A program made the translations under genes and the position numbers. From positions 1 through 37,979 of the forward strand of contig JAUCBJ010005684.1 in the NCBI GenBank assembly GCA_032718475.1: 37,979 nt of DNA, read 5' to 3'. The notes beneath the pieces were generated by a model that did not search any database, was not told the origin of the DNA, and was given only the letters and a program-made list of their open reading frames with translations. This document shows, piece after piece, positions 10,201 to 22,200 of the stretch (position 1 is the first letter of the stretch; every line of letters starts with the position of its first letter). The DNA comes from Nemertoderma westbladi (Eukaryota > Animalia > Xenacoelomorpha).

Positions 10201-13200
10201 CTTAAAAATAATTACTTACTGTTGTTTTATTATAGGTTGCGTTTGGGGCGAATGGGTTGAACTGCCGCCTGTGGGTTGCTCAAAATACTGTGATGGAGGT
10301 ACGCGGACATACGTTAGAACTCTTACGAGCACAACTTCTACTTCAATGTGCACGGAAGACACGAACATTATAGACTGCAATACTCAAAACTGCCCTTCAG
10401 GTAAGGGTTGTTCTTTTAATTAATTATTTATAATATTTAATTGTGTGGTAAATTAATTGTGCATTCTCTAGTTCGATTGAAAAATATGTAGGGCATATTA
10501 TTATTATAGTAATAATAATTAATTAATTAATTGTAAATAGTAATAAGCTTTTATCTTTGACATGTTGACATATTGCTTTTGTTATATTGTTCACTATATA
10601 CCGCTAGTTTGCCAATTCTTTTGACTTAGATTGCGTGTATGGCGATTGGGCTGCTTTCGGTACTTGCAGTGAATTATGCGGTGGTGGAACACAAGTTTCT
10701 ACCAGAAACGTTGTTTTCAACCCAGATGGCGCCCTTTGTACTTCTGTTACAAAGACCGATGCTTGTAACACAGGAACATGCTCGGCTAACGATGGTACTC
10801 AACACAAAATCTATAATTAATTTATTATGAACTTAGTGTAACAGTTCGCATGTAATTTCTTAGATGTTACACTTGATTTCTTTAGTAATAAAAACGTAAT
10901 AATAATTATCTATTACATGGGAAAAAAGTAGAACTTTTTTTCACTATTCTCGAGGCATTTTATTTACCGAGCGTCAGCGAGGTTAATACATGCTCGACAG
11001 AATATTGAAAAAAAGGACCTACGTTTTTTTTTCCCCATGTAATACGTAATTTTATTCTTAAATTGGTACTTTTTTGTTGCTTAATTCTTTAATAAAACGT
11101 ACAGCGATATAGTGTTACAAAATAAATTGAACTGTAGTATTTTACTATATTGCTTCCATAGTTACTGCAATTCAAATTCTTGTACATTTCAACTCTCGAT
11201 GCTGCATTACTCAATGTTAAATAATTTAGTGTTCTCGAATATTTATTACGTAACTAGAGAGCCGCTTAACAACATAAGCCAATGGATATTGAGTTCCGTT
11301 TTGGAGTACGCCGCGCAGACACTAAATTTGTCATAACTTTTGAGTGCTTGCATGGAATTTGCTCAAATTACGTTCAAACATTTTCTACGTCAATGCTCTT
11401 TGAACACATTTAATAACATTTAAGAAATTCCACCAAAAATTTTTCATTTTACTTTTTTCGCCGGGAAATAAAGTAAAATCAATGCAATCCTATGGGATAC
11501 TTTTTTTCCTAGATCTAAAGACTAGATATATATTCTTGATTTTGGTCTAAATTCGAGCGAAAAAGTAACAATTTAAGAATAAAAATATTTTAATAATATC
11601 AATAATTATTATACATCTTATTTATAATATAGAATTATGTTTGTATTATTTATACATAATTACATTTGTAACTAACACAGGTCATATTTTATCAAACCCA
11701 GTAAAATTAAATTTATGTAGGGTAACTATTTCTGGAAATATAAAAGTCAAAATGCCAATTAGTTTGTATGAAAGAATTTCCATCAGTAACTTGTCGATTA
11801 ATTCTGCTTTCAGTTTGCCAATATGGAAGCTGGGTAAATGATGGTCCCTGCAGCGAAACATGTGGTGGTGGAATTCAAAAGTCGACCAGAAGCATTCTAA
11901 ACAATCCAACTGGTGTGCAATGTCTGAACACGGAGAAGAATGAACAATGTAATACCCATGCTTGTCCAGGTAAGCTCCTTTATTATACTTATGAATAGCC
12001 AGTTTGCATATTGTTATTATGCTAATTTTGAGTACATTAATCGCAGCGGGGGTTTGTAATCTCTTTCAATTTGTATTAACATTATATTTATTCGCCTCTG
12101 ATTCTATACATCTTCAACATACTCAGCAAAATGTACCAAGTAGAAATAAACCGTATTATGTTCACTAAAACAATTGTTTTTTCCACTAAATTTTTGTAAC
12201 TAAAATATTATATATTTTCACTTCAAAAAATGAATTATCGCAAAAATTTTACTGTTTTCATTTAATTTCGTATTTATTTAATGTTTTGGTTATTATAACG
12301 TGACTCAATATAACCTAATCCTTTCTCTTTTATTTAGTTAAGAAAAAAAGTCGAAAAAAATTCATAAATTTGTTTTTTATTGCATTTAAAGAAGAATTTA
12401 ATGGGGATTTCAAATCTACAAACGGCTTAGAGAGATATCTTTTAGTTCTCGTGTGATCGTGGAAAAGCTGTCTGCCTACCTGTCTGTCATAATGTACGGC
12501 ATACTGACAGACAACCGACAGGTGGACAGTCTTACATTGCACCAAATATTAAAACTGACATCTGAAATGAAATCAGCGACCCCGAAAACCCCTATAAATA
12601 TAATTGTAGCTCGGTGGTGTGCTTCCTTCGGATGTAGGACAATTCGGTCCGGACAATTCGGTCCCGGACAATACGGTCCCGGACAATTCGGTCCCGGACA
12701 ATTCGGTCCCAAAACACTAAATAAATGGGACCGAATTGTCCGGGACCGAATTGTCCGGGACCGAATTGTCCGGGACCGAATTGTCCGCATCCTGATAGCA
12801 ACTTTTTAGTGATTTTTTGATATTGGTGAATGTTCTAGATCATTCGTAGAGATATTTTTGTTATGGTAGCTAGTGTTATTTACTTTCTAGAATTTTTTGA
12901 AATTTTAAAAATACTGTATTTTTTGTTATTTTTGTTATTGGTAATTGTTGTTGTTATTGGTATTATTATATATTATTTATTAAGGTGTAGCTCGTGTTTT
13001 TTTTTACTAGCTAGCATTTCCTTTAAATTATAATAACAGTTGTGAAAACATTGATATTTCAGAATTAGGCCTAAACTGTTGCTGATTATATTAATTACCA
13101 ACAATATAATTTATAACTACCAAATAATTAATTACCAACAAAATAATAATTTAGGCTTGTTAACCAACCAACAACACATACATTATACATACGCAATATA

Positions 13201-16200
13201 TAAAAAAAATCAGTTTTAAACATTTTAAATACATACTATTACCAGCTAGTAAATAATTCACAAACGTCATAAAAACACCATAGCTACCATAAAAATATGA
13301 AATATATAAATATATAATATATAAAATAAAAAAATAATGTTAACAAAAAAAAGTAAAATTTTTTTATTTTCAAAAAAATACTAGCTAGTAAAAAAAACAC
13401 TAGCTACCATATAATAATATATATTAAGGTTCTAGAACATTCACCATTATATAGTACCAATTAAATTTGGTCCCGGACAATTCGGTCCCTTTAATATACA
13501 TGTTTTGGGACTGAATTGTCCTAGTCAGTAACCGGACAATTCGGTCCCGGACAATTCGGTTGTAAAACACAAAATTAATGGGACCGAATTGTCCGGGACC
13601 GAATTGTCCGAGACCGAATTGTCCGGACCGAATTGTCCTAGTCAGTATCCGGACAATTCGGTCTCGGACAATTCGGTCCTAAAACACAAAATTAATGGGA
13701 CCGAATTGTCCGGGACCAAATTGTCTGGGACCGAATTGTCTGGACCGAATTGTCCTGGACCGAATTGTCCGGGACCGAATTGTCCGGACCGAATTGTTCT
13801 GGACCGATTTGTCCTGGACCGAATTATCCGGGACCGAATTGTCCGGACCGAATTGTCCTGGACCGAATTGTCCTGCTTCCGCTTCCTTCATGTCAGATTA
13901 ACCAACCAGACCCCATACAGGTCGTTTTGCGCGGGAATGTCTGAACCTTGAAGGCGATTATCTCAGAATGACATTTTTTCGCACGAAAAATGCTCCTCCG
14001 CAGCCATTTCTAAACCGCTTTTTGCAATTATTGCTTTATGAAAGGTAATTTCATAAGCTTCAATGAATTTCGCGCACTTTTCTTAATTTAATAATATTTC
14101 CCCATGTTTTTAATTAAAATTTACAAAAAAACATGGGATTTTTCAATTTTTCAAAAATTTTGATTTTTTTTACAAAATTGCCAATTATCAGATATGAAAA
14201 ACGAAAATTAAAATAGTGCGTGAAAAATATCAGGAAGATAAACATGCTGGTTCCAAAAAATGTGGTATCAGAGAATAAAAATAGAAAATGACGGAGGAGT
14301 AGTATTTTTAGTGAAATCTTTAAAATCTGACGCAGGCCGCTAGGGGGCGCAAAAAATTTTTTTTCAAATTTTTTATGTACCGGTACCTTTGATGATTCCC
14401 TTTTCGATGGTATATCATTTTCTTTGCATTTTTCAACCACATTGAATAAGAAGACGACCCCCCCCCCCCCCCCCCCTTAAACTTTATTAGTGATAATTGA
14501 TATATTTTAGGGATAATTAATATATTTAGTGAAACCATATATTATTTTATTTATTTATTATATTTATTTATATTATATTAAAAATTGAAAAGATATAATC
14601 CCAACTAAAGTTTTTATTTGTGTTCTTAGAGTTGGAAACTAATAAATTTATCTATTAATAATTTATTTATATATGTTGTGATGATTGATTTATGTATTCC
14701 TTTGAGTAATTTTGTACTTTGCACATTTATATATGTTGTAAAATGTAACATGTTGTTATTCTAGTTTGTGGTTACGGTGACTGGACGGCTCAGGGTGGTT
14801 GCAGCCAAACCTGCGGAGGCGGATTACAAAATTATACCAGACCGGTAACAAACAACCCAACGGGACTCGTGTGCGATGAAACACTCAAGCGGGAAGAATG
14901 CAACGTAAATGATTGCCCAAGTATGTGAACTAAATAATTAATTAGCGGCCAACCGAGTGGGCTTCGTGCGCCGTACTTTCTGTGTGAAATTAGTATATTA
15001 GTGTTACAATAAGTTATTAGGTTATAATAATTTATGTGTGCTGTAATTACGTTTTATAAAATGTATGTAATGTACTGGACCGTATATGTGAATAGGTTAT
15101 ATATAATTATGTACATCTTTATTGTAGGTTCTCGGTAAATTTTTAAGTAGAATAATTAATTACATATTATGGGTTAGCATAGGGTAACTAGTGACGGGCC
15201 TGGTGGCCAGATAAGGAACCTACCTTTTTTTTTCATGAAAACAGTAAACTGTAAGGAGTGATTTTTTACATTTCAAACAATAATGTTAGCCTAAATAAAA
15301 CATTTATTATTATAAATACCGAGATGTAAAATGTTTTACAAATATCGGAGGTGTAGAAATCTTAAATCCGAACTTATTTATGAAAACGAGTATTTTGCTG
15401 GTAAATATTATAAGTTTAAATTTACTGGGCTGGTGTTTTACAACACCAAAACTTTGGAAATCATATAATCATTGGGCTACTATAAATGGCAGTTTTAGGC
15501 CTGTATGTAGACACAACATGAAACACAAGTAACAAGCCCTTTTCAGATTGAACCTAGGAGTTTATATTGAATTATACCATGATATGCTTTCACCTCTATA
15601 TATTTTCTGGGGCTCTGATTAAAATGTAATAATACTGAACATTTCAACCTCTAACTTATTGCAAGTCGTATTCTTTGGCATAACATGATGGTGCTAGCAC
15701 CAAAATTTGCACCCCCCTCAGGAGAATACAAGTTTGAGATGTCCACTGCCATTATTATTTATATCAACGCGCTGCCGAACAACGTCTACAACGTCTACAA
15801 ACAACGTTAAACAAACATAATGATAAAATGAATTTGATCATTTTCATAAATTTTAAAAATTTGGTGCTTGTACGAAATTTTACAACCACCGACGATACCT
15901 ACAACCGTTTCAGATGTTTAGCGCCAACTTTTATTCCTTCAATTGAATTGCAGAAACAAAGCATCAATGTATAAAATTTTTGGATTTTCAAAATTTGGTG
16001 ATAGAAGCAAAATTCGACATCTGTCGAAAAAAACAAGTTTGAAATTTGTAACACATTTTATATGTATCAATCGTACATCGAATTGCGAATTTTACCTGAG
16101 AAATAGAGATGGTACAAATTATGTTTCAGAGGTATAATCCCCCCCCCCCCCCCCCCCCCCACGGGGTTTGTAGATTAAGGCGGGAGGTGGGGGGGGGGGG

Positions 16201-19200
16201 GGTGGTAGCACCCCCCCTATTTTGGAAATTGACAAAAACGTTTTTTTTAATTCTATCATGTGCCGAATTTAATGGAGATCTCAAATCTGCAAGCAATTTT
16301 CTCATATCTTTCCTCAAACACAAGTTATTAACCAAAACGTAAGAGCTAGTCTGAGTTTTGAAAAACCTTCAAGCAGCACTATATTTTACAATTGTACGGG
16401 GCCCTTTTCATAAAAAGGCTCTCACGGTACAGATATGAATAAAATTGCTAAAACGTTGTTTTACTAGTTATCTGTTTAGCATGCATGAAAAATTGCGTTG
16501 AATTTCATTCATTTTTGACAAAGTTATTGTTGAACATAGAAAAATAGTATATCTAAAATAGCGGGAAGGTTTGAATTGTTCCTTAAACACCCATATCTCA
16601 GAATGACGTTTTTTCATGAAAAAGGCTATTTCTCCACCAATTTTAACTGAAATGAGTTGAAATTTGGTACACCTGTTAAGATTACCCTTCTCCATACTTC
16701 TTCTGAACAAATTTGGTTGGAAATGCCCTGGAGCCTTTTTATATGAAAAGGCCAAAAAAGCCCTTTTTTGGGGCCTTTTTGTTCTAAAAAGGCTCCAGAG
16801 CATTTGAGGCAAAATTTGTTCAGAAGAATTGGATGCAGCGGTTCTTCTGAACTATTCCAAATTTCGACAAATTTCAACAAATATTGGTGGAGAAATAGCC
16901 CTTGCGCAAAAAGACTTTTGGCCATTACGAGCCATTTTGGGGCCAATTTTAAAAATATTTGGTTTGGTTATTCTCACACAGTCCAGACGATGTTTAGTAG
17001 CACAAAAAATAATTTTCACCCAATTATATGGTCCAGAGACACAAAAATGTGAGGTTCAATTTGGGGGTGCGCCCCCCCTTAAAGAGAAATTGTACATTAG
17101 GTCTGCGTTATTGGTCTGCGTAATTTTTAAGTTCAATTTTGATTAAAAAATTACTAGCTTAGGTTTGGGATATTAGAATGAATTTTCTTAAAAGCCTTAA
17201 ACAAACAATCAACTTGATTGGTCTGCAGGTAACTGTGGTAAAAATTTGGATTTACCGCTGAACGAAACATACAGTTATAACGACGCTACTGACTCCTACA
17301 CCACCTCACTCAGAGCCAATGGAGGCCAAGCCAATCTGCCATACAACCCGTTCCTGGATGCACCCAGCAATACCAAGGGCTCCTCCCGGTTTAGTAACGG
17401 CTACATTGTGGTCCATCATCTACCCGACGAAATTACTTCGAATTCCTTCGCTATCACTGTGTGGATCAAAATCAACGTGGATTTCGGCCCAATCTTTGAG
17501 TTTGGATCGGAGAACGGCGCCACAGTAGGGTCCTTGATGTGGGTCTACAACGAAGCAACGTCCCTATTCTACCAACCGAACGTGATTGGCGTACCTCCAA
17601 AGAACCTCGCCAACTCGCTGACTAGGCAGAAATGGTACATGGTTGGATTAGTTGTGGACGCTGCAGCCCAAGAAACGACGTTGTATGCCCGACACGGCGA
17701 GACGCACACCCTGGTCTGGGCGAAGTACCAAACCGCCAACACCCAGAGATCGATTCACGACAAGGACCAACCGTTACTTATTGGGAAGCAGCATGGTTCC
17801 AATGGAATCAACTTTAGAGGAACAATGGCTCACTTCCGTTACTACAGATGCACCTTGCCAATCGGGGTCTTAGATGATATCTATGAAGAATTTATGGGAG
17901 GTGAGTTTTATTACATGTAGGCAATACATGCACAGCTCATTTATATAGTTCGTTAGATAATTTTACATATCAAGATTTATTATTCTTTCGCACATCTCTA
18001 ACTGGACCTTATGCTACATTGACAATGTTTCGTTAGTGAGTCCCCCAAATTCGACACTTGAATAGAGCAGCCTCTGCATTGCAGGACATTGCTGACGAGG
18101 TGCGAACCATCCCATATACGCTCTTATGCTTTGGTGGCCTCATGGAGAGAATATTCAGACGCGAGAGATTGGACAGCCAATGATTTTCTTAACACGCATC
18201 TTTAAAGGCACTGGACCTTGAAGATGGGGATATCACGCGAAAGTCATGGTGATATGGAGTTGTGGCTGAGAAATGTTTTTCGATTCTTGTGATTCACTTT
18301 CAGACATTTTGTCCTCTTAATATGAAACCCCTGGTCTACACTTTACAAACTTTTTGTACTTTTATTTACTAATAATATTTTTACAGTTTTTGTAATTTCA
18401 AATACGCTCTGAAATATATATGGGCTGTACCACTGGCCTGGATTAAATAATTAAATAAATAAAATAAATACGCTTGCGTTGAAGATGGACAAATGAACAT
18501 GACTCTCTCCAAGGGAGAATTTTCATAAGAGCTGATTACTAGCAAAAATTAACAACTGAAACCTATGCCATAGACTCTTAACTATTGTTTTTTTAGTTAG
18601 AATAACGTGACATTGTAAGCTGCTCCTCTATCTTAATTGATATAATAATTAATGTTGCTAATCCATAGAGACTAGATTTTTATTCGTGATTCGTGATTAT
18701 CACCCCCCCCCCCCCCCCCCGTAAAGACAGCTTCGTTATAACATATGAGCTACCCTACATAAAGACAGCTTCGTTATAACGTATGAGCTACCCTACATAG
18801 AGACCGCTTCGTTATAACGTATGAGCTACCCTACATAGAGACAGCTTCGTTATAACGTATGAGCTACCCTACATAGAGACAGCTTCGTTATAACGTATGA
18901 GCTACCCTACATAGAGACAGCTTCGTTATAACGTATGAGCTACCCTACATAAAGACAGCTTCGTTATAACGTATGAGCTACCCTACATAGAGACAGCTTC
19001 GTTATAACGTATGAGCTACCCTACATAAAGACAGCTTCGTTATAACGTATGAGCTACCCTACATAGAGACAGCTTCGTTATAACGTATGAGCTACCCTAC
19101 ATAAAGACAGCTTCGTTATAACGTATGAGCTACCCTACATAGAGACAGCTTCGTTATAACGTATGAGCTACCCTACATAAAGACAGCTTCGTTATAACGT

Positions 19201-22200
19201 ATGAGCTACCCTACATAGAGACAGCTTCGTTATAACGTATGAGCTACCCTACATAGAGACAGCTTCGTTATAACGTATGAGCTACCCTACATAGAGACAG
19301 CTTCGTTATAACGTATGAGCTACCCTACATAAAGACAGCTTCGTTATAACGTATGAGCTACCCTACATAGAGACAGCTTCGTTATAACGTATGAGCTACC
19401 CTACATAAAGACAGCTTCGTTATAACGTATGAGCTACCCTACATAGAGACAGCTTCGTTATAACGTATGAGCTACCCTACATAAAGACAGCTTCGTTATA
19501 ACGTATGAGCTACCCTACATAGAGACAGCTTCGTTATAACGTATGAGCTACCCTACATAAAGACAGCTTCGTTATAACGTATGAGCTACCCTACATAGAG
19601 ACAGCTTCGTTATAACGTATGAGCTACCCTACATAGAGACAGCTTCGTTATAACGTATGAGCTACCCTACATAGAGACAGCTTCGTTATAACGTATGAGC
19701 TACCCTACATAGAGACAGCTTCGTTATAACGTATGAGCTACCCTACATAAAGACAGCTTCGTTATAACGTATGAGCTACCCTACATAGAGACAGCTTCGT
19801 TATAACGTATGAGCTACCCTACATAAAGACAGCTTCGTTATAACGTATGAGCTACCCTACATAGAGACAGCTTCGTTATAACGTATGAGCTACCCTACAT
19901 AAAGACAGCTTCGTTATAACGTATGAGCTACCCTACATAAAGACAGCTTCGTTATAACGTATGAGCTACCCTACATAAAGACAGCTTCGTTATAACGTAT
20001 GAGCTACCCTACATAGAGACAGCTTCGTTATAACGTATGAGCTACCCTACATAAAGACAGCTTCGTTATAACGTATGAGCTACCCTACATAAAGACAGCT
20101 TCGTTATAACGTATGAGCTACCCTACATAAAGACAGCTTCGTTATAACGTATGAGCTACCCTACATAAAGACAGCTTCGTTATAACGTATGAGCTACCCT
20201 ACATAAAGACAGCTTCGTTATAACGTATGAGCTACCCTACATAGAGACAGCTTCGTTATAACGTATGAGCTACCCTACATAAAGACAGCTTCGTTATAAC
20301 GTATGAGCTACCCTACATAAAGACAGCTTCGTTATAACGTATGAGCTACCCTACATAAAGACAGCTTCGTTATAACGTATGAGCTACCCTACATAAAGAC
20401 AGCTTCGTTATAACGTATGAGCTACCCTACATAAAGACAGCTTCGTTATAACGTATGAGCTACCCTACATAGAGACAGCTTCGTTATAACGTATGAGCTA
20501 CCCTACATAAAGACAGCTTCGTTATAACGTATGAGCTACCCTACATAGAGACAGCTTCGTTATAACGTATGAGCTACCCTACATAAAGACAGCTTCGTTA
20601 TAACGTATGAGCTACCCTACATAAAGACAGCTTCGTTATAACGTATGAGCTACCCTACATAGAGACAGCTTCGTTATAACGTATGAGCTACCCTACATAG
20701 AGACAGCTTCGTTATAACGTATGAGCTACCCTACATAGAGACAGCTTCGTTATAACGTATGAGCTACCCTACATAGAGACAGCTTCGTTATAACGTATGA
20801 GCTACCCTACATAGAGACAGCTTCGTTATAACGTATGAGCTACCCTACATAGAGACAGCTTCGTTATAACGTATGAGCTACCCTACATAAAGACAGCTTC
20901 GTTATAACGTATGAGCTACCCTACATAGAGACAGCTTCGTTATAACGTATGAGCTACCCTACATAAAGACAGCTTCGTTATAACGTATGAGCTACCCTAC
21001 ATAGAGACAGCTTCGTTATAACGTATGAGCTACCCTACATAGAGACAGCTTCGTTATAACGTATGAGCTACCCTACATAAAGACAGCTTCGTTATAACGT
21101 ATGAGCTACCCTACATAAAGACAGCTTCGTTATAACGTATGAGCTACCCTACATAAAGACAGCTTCGTTATAACGTATGAGCTACCCTACATAGAGACAG
21201 CTTCGTTATAACGTATGAGCTACCCTACATAGAGACAGCTTCGTTATAACGTATGAGCTACCCTACATAAAGACAGCTTCGTTATAACGTATGAGCTACC
21301 CTACATAGAGACAGCTTCGTTATAACGTATGAGCTACCCTACATAAGACAGCTTCGTTATAACGTATGAGCTACCCTACATAAAGACAGCTTCGTTATAA
21401 CGTATGAGCTACCCTACATAAAGACAGCTTCGTTATAACGTATGAGCTACCCTACATAAAGACAGCTTCGTTATAACGTATGAGCTACCCTACATAGAGA
21501 CAGCTTCGTTATAACGTATGAGCTACCCTACATAAAGACAGCTTCGTTATAACGTATGAGCTACCCTACATAAAGACAGCTTCGTTATAACGTATGAGCT
21601 ACCCTACATAAAGACAGCTTCGTTATAACGTATGAGCTACCCTACATAAAGACAGCTTCGTTATAACGTATGAGCTACCCTACATAAAGACAGCTTCGTT
21701 ATAACGTATGAGCTACCCTACATAGAGACAGCTTCGTTATAACGTATGAGCTACCCTACATAAAGACAGCTTCGTTATAACGTATGAGCTACCCTACATA
21801 AAGACAGCTTCGTTATAACGTATGAGCTACCCTACATAGAGACAGCTTCGTTATAACGTATGAGCTACCCTACATAGAGACAGCTTCGTTATAACGTATG
21901 AGCTACCCTACATAGAGACAGCTTCGTTATAACGTATGAGCTACCCTACATAAAGACAGCTTCGTTATAACGTATGAGCTACCCTACATAGAGACAGCTT
22001 CGTTATAACGTATGAGCTACCCTACATAAAGACAGCTTCGTTATAACGTATGAGCTACCCTACATAAAGACAGCTTCGTTATAACGTATGAGCTACCCTA
22101 CATAAAGACAGCTTCGTTATAACGTATGAGCTACCCTACATAAAGACAGCTTCGTTATAACGTATGAGCTACCCTACATAGAGACAGCTTCGTTATAACG

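Noticed and set aside
12453-13951. Short ORFs with GPNCP / GQFGP / RDRIV repeats
   Set aside because: Translations of the 15-bp tandem repeats in the foldback element's termini.
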